A stretch of 64,000 nucleotides of DNA from Candidatus Omnitrophota bacterium (GTDB lineage: Bacteria > Ratteibacteria > UBA8468 > MWAK01): positions 32,001-96,000 of the forward strand of contig JBDRQI010000002.1 in NCBI GenBank assembly GCA_043826355.1, read 5' to 3'. How positions within the stretch are numbered: the stretch's first letter is position 1; each line of letters starts with the position of its first letter. The translations under genes were made by a program, and so were the position numbers. Shown in pieces: positions 28,191 through 37,791 of the stretch. Below the pieces are notes generated by a model. That model was not told where the DNA came from and searched no databases. It worked only from the letters and a program-made list of their open reading frames with translations.

Positions 28191-28206
28191 TTTCCCCCTT
28201 ATGCGG

Positions 28207-30756
28207 TCAACCGCTCAAAACATGGATGCCCTCTTGTATCGGTGCTATCCGGTATGATTGGCCAAACCGTAGATATTTTTGCGGCCGGACAACCATCTTA
28301 TCGTTAAAAAACAACGGTTTCCCATCGGGAAGCGGCAGACCGGCGAGCGCCGAAGCGCCGGGCGGAAGCGAAATTTCCAACTGCCAATTCCCGTTATATT
28401 CCCAGCTAACGTCTATCACCCCTTTTGGTGTCGGAATGCGGCCGCGAGCCCAGGTAAGATTACCGCGCTGCGGTAGCACCATAAAGTCCGTTGCCGGATC
28501 GTCCGAGGGGGCAACACCGAGGATATACCGTCCAAGGACAAATGCGGGCGCACAAGCCCAACCGTGGGAAAGCGAACCGTTTTCGCGGTTCCAGACTTCC
28601 CAGACGGTCGTTGCTCCCTGGCGGGAAAAATCGCCCCAGCGCAGGCGGATAAGATCGAGCGCCTCAACCGTCATCCCCAATTCATACATCGCTTCCAGTG
28701 CGAAGCCGGCAAAATACGGCGTACCGAGCGGAACCATTTTTTCATCATCCCAGCGGTACCGGTTGAGCGCGATGGCTACGCCGGAGTTGGCATCGCCGGC
28801 TTCCGGAATGATAATATCGTAGTCCTTACGGTCGGGAACGAAAATGCTGAAGAGATTTTCTCCCTGCAAACGTTTCAGGATTGAATTCCGCTGTCCTTCA
28901 TTCGCCAGGCCGAACAGAACCGCCAGATAGTTTTCCTGACAGCCCCAGCGGGCCAACTGTTTTCCCTGGTGCCAACCGTTCACGAAAACCCCGCGGCCGG
29001 CGTCCCAAAAAAGTATTTGAAAGTTTCGCTTTAAAGTCCCGGCGCTTTCCAGGAGGGATTTTGCGGCCGACAATTCACCGGCTGCCCCGGAGATGGCGGC
29101 GGCCGCGCTCAGGAAGTGGTACGCGTGTGCATTCCAGGCGGCGTTGGCGCCTCTGGTGTCCACCGGCGACCAGTCGATAAAATTGTAAATGTTTGTCTCC
29201 GCCGATACCTCGAGGGGCAGGTTGCCGTATATTCCTTCGGGCAGGCGATAGGTTTCAAGCCAGTCGGCAATGCGTTTGATTGTCGGCCACAATTCCCGCC
29301 CAAGGCTGCGGTCACCGGTGTGCCGGATATAATCACGTACGCTGACCGCATAGGTAAGGGTCCAGGTGGAAATATGGGAACTTTTGCAGCTGGGATACTT
29401 GCTTTGCATCGCTCCCGACGGAAGCTGCCCGCGCGCGTGCTGGCGCAGGAAACGCCGCATCAAGGCCGTGTCGCCGAACACGTAATAGTTTGCCAGCGCC
29501 TTGATAACGTCGTCACCAAGCCAGGAGCCGCGCTCGCGCCACGGCGTATCCATATATCCGTCTTCCATGCAGAGCTGCGCGGTATGGGCGCTGATTTCCC
29601 ATGCCTGGTCAAGCGCCGGGTCGCTGCAGACAAAGCGGCCCGTCCACTGCACCGGATAGGTGCTGCGCTGCAGCGCCACTGATTCTACGGTGGCGCGTCC
29701 TCCCCGGACATCTATTTGCAGATAGCGGAAACACTTAGGCCAGGTGATGCGATGTTTCAACGTACCTTCCCCGAGGATGAGGCGGTCAACGTATGGAAGG
29801 TGCTTGGTTGGGTCTATTGTCCCCAGCCGCAGATGTTCGGCATAACTAACATCAACGATTGTTCCCGGTATTCCGTTCAATTCAATTATGGGGTAGCCGG
29901 TCCAGATGCGTCCGAAATCCCAGAGCGCATAACAACCGTCTGAAGCAGGAAGCGCGGAAGCATCCAGCATCCAGCGGTCTGCTCGGCCGCTCCTGCCCGG
30001 TTCTACGGAAACCAGTCCCTGGTTGTCTGCCGTCCTTCGGGCTGATACGATCTGCCGGGGCAATCCGGTCATCTCCCCGGAATCCAACGCTGAATCAAAC
30101 CGGGTAATCCCCGTTGCAATGCATCGGTCCGGCTGGTGGGTGTTCCAGTTGAAAAGAGGTATGTCGCGCAACTCAAGGTTTTCCGGAGGCATAAGTTCTG
30201 ACAATTCAGTGGCATGACTCCAGGCGGAATCATCAAAATCATTATTCCAGGGTTCGCCGAGCGTCAGACGCGCGTCAAAAGATTGGACCGGGGGCTGGAA
30301 ATCATCGCGGCTGATGGTCTTGGCCGCGTAAGCACGCTCGCGGCAAACCCTCCACGAGCGGTCGCTGACAATCTCTTTTCCGTTGCAGTAAATACAGGCG
30401 CGGAGTGCCCCGCGTTTGGGCATGCAGGAAGTGATTTTACCGGACGAGCCGTAACTGTAAACCAGAACCGTAACGGTATTGGCGCCCGCCGCAATATTTG
30501 ATTCTATTTGATAACGGTCGAAAGTGGGTGTTTCCCAATGAAACTTCGGCGGACCAAACCCTACCGGACGGCCGTTAATCCACAAAAAGTAACGGAGGTC
30601 CGCGGTAATGTCAATCCGGGCGCCGGCAGGGTTTCGAACGGCGAAACTGCGCCGGGCATAAATCCAGACGTTGGACTCACCCGGGTCATCTTCGGTCCAT
30701 ATCCAGCGGGCGTTTCTGAGTCCATTATGAGGCTGGATTAAAGGGTTCATGTTCAT
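28207..30756 (-). CDS. Alpha-L-rhamnosidase (GH78)
   Basis: ARWIW, ITADLRY, DFGR, MDTPWRERGSWLGD, GATTVWE, SLSHGWAC. Confidence 0.88.
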   Translation of the reverse strand: MNMNPLIQPHNGLRNARWIWTEDDPGESNVWIYARRSFAVRNPAGARIDITADLRYFLWINGRPVGFGPPKFHWETPTFDRYQIESNIAAGANTVTVLVYSYGSSGKITSCMPKRGALRACIYCNGKEIVSDRSWRVCRERAYAAKTISRDDFQPPVQSFDARLTLGEPWNNDFDDSAWSHATELSELMPPENLELRDIPLFNWNTHQPDRCIATGITRFDSALDSGEMTGLPRQIVSARRTADNQGLVSVEPGRSGRADRWMLDASALPASDGCYALWDFGRIWTGYPIIELNGIPGTIVDVSYAEHLRLGTIDPTKHLPYVDRLILGEGTLKHRITWPKCFRYLQIDVRGGRATVESVALQRSTYPVQWTGRFVCSDPALDQAWEISAHTAQLCMEDGYMDTPWRERGSWLGDDVIKALANYYVFGDTALMRRFLRQHARGQLPSGAMQSKYPSCKSSHISTWTLTYAVSVRDYIRHTGDRSLGRELWPTIKRIADWLETYRLPEGIYGNLPLEVSAETNIYNFIDWSPVDTRGANAAWNAHAYHFLSAAAAISGAAGELSAAKSLLESAGTLKRNFQILFWDAGRGVFVNGWHQGKQLARWGCQENYLAVLFGLANEGQRNSILKRLQGENLFSIFVPDRKDYDIIIPEAGDANSGVAIALNRYRWDDEKMVPLGTPYFAGFALEAMYELGMTVEALDLIRLRWGDFSRQGATTVWEVWNRENGSLSHGWACAPAFVLGRYILGVAPSDDPATDFMVLPQRGNLTWARGRIPTPKGVIDVSWEYNGNWQLEISLPPGASALAGLPLPDGKPLFFNDKMVVRPQKYLRFGQSYRIAPIQEGIHVLSG

Positions 30757-31053
30757 AACTTTGCCTTTTTTCTAAAATAACCTGACACCCTCCGTTTATC
30801 CGGCAAAAAGAGATATTTTATCCGAAGACTATGCCTGATTTATTATATTATACTCTGCCGTATCTGTTTGTTATTAAAAAGATCCGGACTTAGTGTTGAT
30901 TGTATGTAACTTTTTGATGATTTAGACGAAACAACGGTCTTGAATCTTACGAATCTTGCCCCGGAAGGTTACGGCTTCGCTTACCGGCTGAAACGATTTG
31001 CGCAATGATTTATGTCCGGGGATATTTTCCCGGGTTGCCGAAGTTGACCCTTT

Positions 31054-32109
31054 TTACCGCAGACCGGCGTGTTCGTCCAAGCCATCCATAATGGCCCGGC
31101 AGTTTTCCTGCCAGCGTTCCGGAGGCATGTCTTCCGTAATGCCCATTATCAACCCGGCAACCGTCTTCACCTGGTTCAGCAGGTCTATGGCGGTCTTCTT
31201 AATCTCTGCGCTTGTCTTCAGGTGAGCGGATGACGGAAAGTTGAGCCAGATGACCTTGTCCGGCCAGGCATCCCTTGCTTCTTTCAACGTCATGTCCGTG
31301 TCCGGGGCCGGCGTGAACGCCTCAATGTAATCCAGTCCGGCGCCGGCGATCGCCTTAGCCAGCACGCGGCAGTTGGCATCAAAGTGGCAGCCGACCAATT
31401 TTCCGTGCCGGTGCATAATCTCCGCCGCCTCGTTGTAGTGTTGAACATAATACTTTTCAAAAGTTTCCAGGCCGATGATTTCCGGAACGACGTTTCCGCC
31501 GTAGTTGGCGTGCGAAGCCGGGGATTCCGCCACCAGGGAGTAAATCCGGCGGCGGTTGGCGACGATGGCGTCGTAGATTTTTAATACTTCATCCCGGTTG
31601 TCCATCCATTCCAGACAGAAAGTCTGGGTGCTCATAACCTCGTCCGAAATCAAGGTCTGCAGCGGTTCCAGGCCGAAGCCCGCCCGGAAGATGGCGTCTT
31701 CGCCGAAACTCTTTTCCGCCGCCGTAAAGACTTCATAAGTCGGTTTATACTGCTCGTTTTTGAAGAGGAAAAGGATAGCCTTATAGTCTTTGGGCCCCTT
31801 GAACATCTTCTCGTGGCACCAGGTGGTGAATACGACCGGCTCGGACAGGGTGGTCAGGGTGCCGACCGGAGTTTCGTAATAGGTCCTGACAAACTGCCGT
31901 TCTCCTTCCCAGTAAACGTCCTGGGTTGTTTTGACATTCGGCCGGATGGTTTTAAAGACCGGCACATCCCTCTTGACGATGCACAAGCCCCGGTTGCGCA
32001 GTTCCCGTTCCGCGGCGCACTGGGGTATCTTGCTTTCGTAAACGGTAAAAGGGACGCGGTCGCCGTGACCGCCGGCCAGGGCTTTTTCCACTCTTTGTCT
32101 GGGAGTCAT
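31054..32109 (-). CDS. UroD/MtaA-like hypothetical protein
   Basis: MTPRQRV start, TPVGTL, FEKYYVQHY, GCHFDAN, IEAFTPAPDTD, IWLNFPSS, ITED. Confidence 0.6.
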   Translation of the reverse strand: MTPRQRVEKALAGGHGDRVPFTVYESKIPQCAAERELRNRGLCIVKRDVPVFKTIRPNVKTTQDVYWEGERQFVRTYYETPVGTLTTLSEPVVFTTWCHEKMFKGPKDYKAILFLFKNEQYKPTYEVFTAAEKSFGEDAIFRAGFGLEPLQTLISDEVMSTQTFCLEWMDNRDEVLKIYDAIVANRRRIYSLVAESPASHANYGGNVVPEIIGLETFEKYYVQHYNEAAEIMHRHGKLVGCHFDANCRVLAKAIAGAGLDYIEAFTPAPDTDMTLKEARDAWPDKVIWLNFPSSAHLKTSAEIKKTAIDLLNQVKTVAGLIMGITEDMPPERWQENCRAIMDGLDEHAGLR

Positions 32110-32140
32110 AATTCCCAAATTTTATATTATTTCCGCTGGC

Positions 32141-32173
32141 TTGACAAGTTTCCATTCGCAATTGATAATCAAT
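32141..32173 (+). promoter_or_regulatory. Sigma70 promoter with overlapping palindrome upstream of the Lon-like gene
   Basis: TTGACA-17nt-GATAAT; 6-1-6 palindrome ATTGAT-A-ATCAAT covers the -10. Confidence 0.55.
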
Positions 32174-32259
32174 CTAAAACTTGCGTTTGATTTTATCTTC
32201 TGATAAAATTACTAACATACGGTAAATAGTTAATTTATCCTTTGGCAACCCATAAAATT

Positions 32260-34740
32260 ATGGCAAACAACAATTCAAAGCGGCTGAAACTTAAAGCGGA
32301 AGAAGTAAGAGCTGCCTGCCCGGAAAAAGCCTGTCCTCACGAAAACACGTCCAAAATTCCGCCCCTGGAAGGCATTATCGGCCAGAACCGGGCCGCCCGG
32401 TCCCTGGAGTTCGGTCTCAAGATTCAAAAACGCGGTTTCAATATTTACGTTTCCGGAATACCGGGTACCGGCCGGACGACCTCGGTTGACGCCGCGGTGG
32501 CGGAGCTGGCCAGGACCCAGCCGGTGCCTGACGACTGGTGCTACGTCTATAATTTTGAAGACCCGGACCGGCCGAAAGCGCTCTGTTTTCCTCCGGGCAT
32601 GGGCCGGATGTTCCATAAGGATATTGATATCCTGATCGAAGAACTAAAAATCGAAGTACCGCGCGCCTTTGAAAGCAAAGAGTATGAAGAGCAGCGCAAC
32701 CAGATTCTGCAGTTGTTGCAGGAGGAGCGCCAGCGCTTATACGTCGGGTTGGAAAAGAAGGCGGAACAGAAAGGGTTCACCCTCAAACAGACTGCAACCG
32801 GCCTGCTGCTTCTGCCCATCATGGAAGGTAAACCGCTGACCGAAGCCGAATACGAGAAGTTAGGGCCTGCCGAAAAGGATTTTTACCGGAAAAAACAGGA
32901 GAAGATTTACGCGGAAATCTCAGAGGTGATGCGCCAGATACGGCAGCGGGAAAAAGATATCCGCGGCAAGGTTCAGTATTTAGACCGGGAGACCGGGACA
33001 TTCACGGTGAAGCACCATTTCGACGAACTGCGCCAGAAATATCAGGACCTTCCGGAAGTAACCAGCCATCTGGAGCGCGTCCAGCAGGAATTGGTGGAAC
33101 ACATCCACGATTTTCTGGAGAAGGAGGAGGCAGAGATTCTACCCGGCCTGAAGATGCCGGTCCAGCGGAACCCGTTTCTGCCTTACCGGGTCAACCTTTT
33201 GATAGACAACAGCCAGACCAGGGGCGCGCCGGTGGTCAGGGAGGGAAATCCGACCTATTTTAACCTTATCGGCCGCCAGGAGTACCGGCCCCAGTTCGGC
33301 TCCTTTGTGAGCGATTTTACAATGATTAAGGCCGGCGCTTTGCATCGGGCAAACGGCGGATATCTTATCCTTCAGGCAAACGACCTTTTCACCCGGTATT
33401 TTTCCTGGCAGGCGCTGAAGCGGTGTCTTAAGAACGGCGCGATGCGGATAGAAGACCTCGCCGAGGAGTTTCATCTCATCAGTACCCCGTCCACCCGGCC
33501 GGAGCCGATTCCGCTTTCCACTAAGGTGATTATCATCGGCAACCCGTACGTTTACCAGCTGCTTTTTGCCTATGATGAAGACTTTCCGAAACTTTTTAAG
33601 GTCAAGGCCGATTTTGATTACCGGCTTGACCGGGACGAGGAGGGTGTTAAACAATACGCGGCTTTTATCAGCCGGCACTGTCAGGAAAACAACCTCCTGC
33701 CGTTCCACCGTTCCGCCATCGTCAGGATTGTGGAATACGGCAGCCGGTTGGTGGAAGACCAGCAGAAACTGACCAGCCGTTTTATGGAAGTGGCGAATAT
33801 TTTGCAGGAGGCGGATTACTGGGCAAGGCAGGAGCAGAAAAAGGTGGTTATGGCCGAGGACGTGCAGCGCGCGGTTGAGGAGAAGGTTTACCGCAGCAAC
33901 CGGATTGAAGAACGCATCCGGGAAATGATCAAAGACGGCCAGATTTTGATGGATGACCGGGGCGGCGTGGTGGGCCAGGTGAACGGTCTGGCCGTCCTTT
34001 TCCTCGGCGATTACATGTTCGGCCGTCCCAGTCGGATTACGGTGCGGACTTTTGTGGGCAAAGAAGGGATACTGGATATTGAGAGAGAGACCAAGTTGGG
34101 TGGGCAGATACACACTAAAGGCATCTTAATCCTGAACGGGTTCCTGGGCCAGCGGTATGCCCACACAGAACCGTTAACCCTTTCCGCTTCAATCTGTTTT
34201 GAACAGTCATACGAGGAGGTGGAGGGAGACAGCGCCAGCAGCGCGGAGCTTTACGCGCTGCTTTCCAGTTTGTCCGAACTGCCGCTCAAGCAGGGGATTG
34301 CCGTAACCGGCTCGGTTAACCAGAAGGGCGAGGTACAGCCCATCGGCGGGGTCAACGAAAAGGTAGAGGGCTTCTTTGAAGTATGTAAATTAAGAGGTTT
34401 TACCGGAGAACAGGGCGTTATTATTCCCCGGACAAACGTCAAGAACCTGATGCTCAAGGAAGATGTGGTTAAAGCGATTGCCGCCGGAAAATTCCACGTC
34501 TGGGCCGTAACCAACATTGACGAGGGCGTTGAAATTCTTACCGGCGTGCCGGCCGGAGAACAGCGTTCGAACGGGACATTTCCCGCCGGCAGCATCAACG
34601 GTTTGGTAGCGAAGCGGCTGGTAAAACTGAACGCATATTACACTGAGAGCCAGAAGCCAAAGCGGCGCAGGAAGAAAAAAAATAACAGCAAGAAAGTAAA
34701 GAAAAAGCAGGGGCGCGATAAATGGCGCCCCTACCCGTAA
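32260..34740 (+). CDS. Lon-type (S16, LonB/LonC-like) AAA+ protease
   Basis: IIGQNRA, GIPGTGRTT, GALHRANGGYL, EQSYEEVEGDSAS catalytic Ser, QPIGGVNEK catalytic Lys. Confidence 0.92.
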   Translation: MANNNSKRLKLKAEEVRAACPEKACPHENTSKIPPLEGIIGQNRAARSLEFGLKIQKRGFNIYVSGIPGTGRTTSVDAAVAELARTQPVPDDWCYVYNFEDPDRPKALCFPPGMGRMFHKDIDILIEELKIEVPRAFESKEYEEQRNQILQLLQEERQRLYVGLEKKAEQKGFTLKQTATGLLLLPIMEGKPLTEAEYEKLGPAEKDFYRKKQEKIYAEISEVMRQIRQREKDIRGKVQYLDRETGTFTVKHHFDELRQKYQDLPEVTSHLERVQQELVEHIHDFLEKEEAEILPGLKMPVQRNPFLPYRVNLLIDNSQTRGAPVVREGNPTYFNLIGRQEYRPQFGSFVSDFTMIKAGALHRANGGYLILQANDLFTRYFSWQALKRCLKNGAMRIEDLAEEFHLISTPSTRPEPIPLSTKVIIIGNPYVYQLLFAYDEDFPKLFKVKADFDYRLDRDEEGVKQYAAFISRHCQENNLLPFHRSAIVRIVEYGSRLVEDQQKLTSRFMEVANILQEADYWARQEQKKVVMAEDVQRAVEEKVYRSNRIEERIREMIKDGQILMDDRGGVVGQVNGLAVLFLGDYMFGRPSRITVRTFVGKEGILDIERETKLGGQIHTKGILILNGFLGQRYAHTEPLTLSASICFEQSYEEVEGDSASSAELYALLSSLSELPLKQGIAVTGSVNQKGEVQPIGGVNEKVEGFFEVCKLRGFTGEQGVIIPRTNVKNLMLKEDVVKAIAAGKFHVWAVTNIDEGVEILTGVPAGEQRSNGTFPAGSINGLVAKRLVKLNAYYTESQKPKRRRKKKNNSKKVKKKQGRDKWRPYP

Positions 34741-34745
34741 AACTT

Positions 34746-36044
34746 ATGCGAAAAATAGCTGTTATCGGCGCCGGGCACGTTGGTCTGGTAACCGCAGCCG
34801 GGTTTGCGAAATTAGGCCACCCGGTGCTGGCGGTTGACCAGGATAAGACCAAGATAGAGATGCTCCTGTCCGGCCAGGTTCCTTTCTTTGAACCGGGTTT
34901 ACCGGAGTTAGTGGATGAGGCGGTAAAATCCGACCGGTTGTCGTTTTCCACCCGGATAAAGGACGCGGCGGAGTTTGCGGAAGTTATCTTTATCTGCGTA
35001 GGCACTCCCAGCCGGGGTGACAGCGGAGAATCCGACCTTTCCGCGGTGGAAAAAGTAACCGCCGAGATAGCCCGCAGTCTTTCCTCGTACTGCCTTATCG
35101 TAGAGAAGAGCACGGTGCCGGCGATGACCGGCGAGTGGGTCAAATACACGCTGAAGACCCTGGGACCTAAAGGCGTGCCTTTTGACCTGGCCGCCAATCC
35201 TGAATTTTTACGGGAGGGAAGCGCGGTTTCTGATTTCTTCAAACCGGACCGCATCGTGGTCGGCGTGGAGACGTCCCGCGCCCGCAGTATCATGGAAGAA
35301 ATTTACGGTTCTTTTCCCGCGCCGCTGCTTTTTACCGATATAAAGAGCGCGGAACTTATCAAACACGCCAGTAACTCGTTTTTGGCGCTTAAGATTTCTT
35401 ACATCAACGCAGTCAGCCGCATCTGCGAAAAGGTGGGGGCGGACGTCAACCTGGTTTCCAAAGGAGTGGGTTTGGACCGAAGAATCGGTCCCGGACATCT
35501 TTCGGCCGGCGTCGGTTACGGCGGCGGTTGTTTTCCGAAAGACGTCGCTTCTTTTATACACCTTGCCCGGAGCATCGGCTATGATTTTAAAATTCTAAAC
35601 GCGGCCTTTCAGGCAAATCAAGAACAGAGACATTTGGCGCTGGAGAAGATTAAGAAAGGCGTCTGGAACCTGAACGGCAAGACGCTCGGCGTCCTGGGAC
35701 TGGCTTTTAAGGATGAGACCGACGACATCCGGGAAAGCCCGGCGCTGGATATTGTCCGGTTGCTGCTGAAGGAAGGCAGCCGGATTAAGGCATACGACCC
35801 GGCCGCCGGAGCGAACGCCAGGGCGGAGTGTCCGGAGATAGCGCTCTGCCGGGACCCCTACGAGGTTGCCGACGGAGCAGACGCCCTCTTGGTTTTAACC
35901 GAATGGCCCAGTTTTGCGGAACTGGATTTTAACCGCATCAAATCCCTTCTGGTTGCGCCGGTCATTTTTGACGGCCGCAACTTCCTGTCCCGGGAAGAAC
36001 TTCAGTCCCTCGGATTTACCTACCTGGCCCTCGGTCGGCCTTAA
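34746..36044 (+). CDS. ugd: UDP-glucose 6-dehydrogenase
   Basis: IAVIGAGHVG, EKSTVP, NPEFLREG, GYGGGCFPKD, LGLAFK, DGRN. Confidence 0.93.
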   Translation: MRKIAVIGAGHVGLVTAAGFAKLGHPVLAVDQDKTKIEMLLSGQVPFFEPGLPELVDEAVKSDRLSFSTRIKDAAEFAEVIFICVGTPSRGDSGESDLSAVEKVTAEIARSLSSYCLIVEKSTVPAMTGEWVKYTLKTLGPKGVPFDLAANPEFLREGSAVSDFFKPDRIVVGVETSRARSIMEEIYGSFPAPLLFTDIKSAELIKHASNSFLALKISYINAVSRICEKVGADVNLVSKGVGLDRRIGPGHLSAGVGYGGGCFPKDVASFIHLARSIGYDFKILNAAFQANQEQRHLALEKIKKGVWNLNGKTLGVLGLAFKDETDDIRESPALDIVRLLLKEGSRIKAYDPAAGANARAECPEIALCRDPYEVADGADALLVLTEWPSFAELDFNRIKSLLVAPVIFDGRNFLSREELQSLGFTYLALGRP

Positions 36045-36092
36045 CACAAACTCTTGAAATTTTGATGGCTCATTTGTAAAGAACCAGTCTAT

Positions 36093-36122
36093 TTGACTTT
36101 TTATAACATATATGTTATAAAA
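36093..36122 (+). promoter_or_regulatory. Promoter with perfect 24-bp palindromic operator
   Basis: TTGACT-17nt-TATAAA; palindrome TTTTATAACATA/TATGTTATAAAA at 36099-36122. Confidence 0.75.
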
Positions 36123-36127
36123 TAAAG

Positions 36128-36454
36128 ATGATGCGCACGGTTAATTTTAGGGAGATATGCCGGAAAAAGGGAATAGGGTTAACCAAACTCTCCAGGATGT
36201 GCGGTATACCCCAGCCCAGTCTTTCCCGGTATCAAAGCGGCCGGAGCGATATCACCCTTCGTCAATTAAACCGGATCGCTCTTGCCGTATCATGCGAACT
36301 GAATGATATTCTTCAGGAGAAACCGGACCTTTTGGATATGTGTTTAAGGAAAATAGCCCGAAGAAAGAAAGACGAACTTTTCCGGGAAGACAAATCATGG
36401 GTAAGCCAGATTGTTTGTGATTTGAATAAACACTATTTGAACGTGAAGAGATAA
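36128..36454 (+). CDS. XRE-family helix-turn-helix regulator
   Basis: KKGIGLTKLSRMCGIPQPSLSRYQSGRSDITLRQLNRIALAV. Confidence 0.85.
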   Translation: MMRTVNFREICRKKGIGLTKLSRMCGIPQPSLSRYQSGRSDITLRQLNRIALAVSCELNDILQEKPDLLDMCLRKIARRKKDELFREDKSWVSQIVCDLNKHYLNVKR

Positions 36455-36457
36455 TTT

Positions 36458-36952
36458 ATGGCTGATCCTTATCTCACGGCAATCAGGGAATTTAATAAGG
36501 CAAAAATAGACTATCTCGTCATCGGTGTTTCCGGTATAAATTACTACGCCAAAGACAGCCGGCAAATCATTATGACTGCCGATTATGATATTTTTTTGAA
36601 ACCGGAGTTAAGGAACGTCCGGGAATCTTTGCGGGTAATGCAATCCCTGAAATATGCGATTATAATTGAGGACCGTATCCGGAAAAGTTTTTCAGATAAA
36701 ACGGTCCAGGGGATTATTAAAAAGAGAAGCACGATTGTTTGCGAAAACCCGGAACATAATCTGATAGAATTATGTCTGGAAGTTTCTGGTTACCTTTTTG
36801 AAAAACTTAAACAAAACGCTCATTTTTTCAGGGCAGGAAAAGATAAGATACGAGTAGCTGATTTGAAGGATTTGTTACGGATGAAAATGTTTGCCAACCG
36901 GGAAAAAGACCGGCTCTTTCTCCAAAAATACGCCACAATCCTATCTGAATAA
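36458..36952 (+). CDS. Pol-beta-fold nucleotidyltransferase (AbiEii/DUF2204/DUF6036-like)
   Basis: YLVIG..G..YY, TADYDIF, C-terminal LLRMK..ANREKD. Confidence 0.72.
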   Translation: MADPYLTAIREFNKAKIDYLVIGVSGINYYAKDSRQIIMTADYDIFLKPELRNVRESLRVMQSLKYAIIIEDRIRKSFSDKTVQGIIKKRSTIVCENPEHNLIELCLEVSGYLFEKLKQNAHFFRAGKDKIRVADLKDLLRMKMFANREKDRLFLQKYATILSE

Positions 36953-36996
36953 AAAACTTCTGTTATTGTATAACGTTTCTCGCAATGACAGCATTT

Positions 36997-37791
36997 TCAA
37001 AAAACGGTGAGGGTGATACCGTAGCGACGGCTGAGGCAGAAGACCTCTTCTTTTTCCAGAACGAAAGTGCCGGAGGAGATTGCCAGAACCCGGCCGGAAA
37101 TCCGGGCCATAACTTTAAGGGTACGGGGCCCGATTACCGGCAGGTCAAAACGCAGGTCTTGTTTGGGACGGCTTACCTTGACGACCACCAGCCCTTTGGT
37201 AAATCGTCCGGCGCGGCGGATGGTGGAGTCGGTTCCGGATATTCCTTCCAATGCCAACACAATTCCGTCTTTGACCGCTACCGTAAGGCCCACGTCAAGT
37301 CCGGCGAGGGTTTCCGCCACTTTTCGGCCTAATTCAACGTCCGCCTTTTCCCGTTGGGATAGATTCGGGCCAACGGTTGTTCCGGCAGGCAGAAAAAGTT
37401 CCTCAATCAGAAAACTTGAGGATAAAAAAGAGATACCTTTCTCCTGGAAGTGGTTGGCGATGGCTCCGAGGAAGGTGTTTGTCCTCCGGTCCGGTATTTG
37501 GCTCAGGAGTTGCGTCATCTGCGGGTCAAGGTATTTCGGCTGCAGGAGCCGAAAATGGCGCACCTGGCCCAGCATCACCGCTTCTTTTACGTTGTTTTCC
37601 GTAAAGAACCTTACGCCTTTATCCAATTGTCCCACTGGCACCACAAGAGAACGTTCTGAAAGATGGATGACTTTTCGCGGAGTTTCGTTTTTGATGGCCA
37701 GGGTATAGACCGCAAAACTCTTTTCTCTGGCTTTATTTAGAAAGAGAAGAGGCAGAGAACCGTTACCGGCGATTAAACCAATTTTATTCAT
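36997..37791 (-). CDS. lpxI: UDP-2,3-diacylglucosamine diphosphatase LpxI
   Basis: IGLIAGNGSLP, LDVG, LEGISGTDSTIRR, KVSRPKQDLRFDLPVIG; downstream of lpxA. Confidence 0.92.
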   Translation of the reverse strand: MNKIGLIAGNGSLPLLFLNKAREKSFAVYTLAIKNETPRKVIHLSERSLVVPVGQLDKGVRFFTENNVKEAVMLGQVRHFRLLQPKYLDPQMTQLLSQIPDRRTNTFLGAIANHFQEKGISFLSSSFLIEELFLPAGTTVGPNLSQREKADVELGRKVAETLAGLDVGLTVAVKDGIVLALEGISGTDSTIRRAGRFTKGLVVVKVSRPKQDLRFDLPVIGPRTLKVMARISGRVLAISSGTFVLEKEEVFCLSRRYGITLTVF

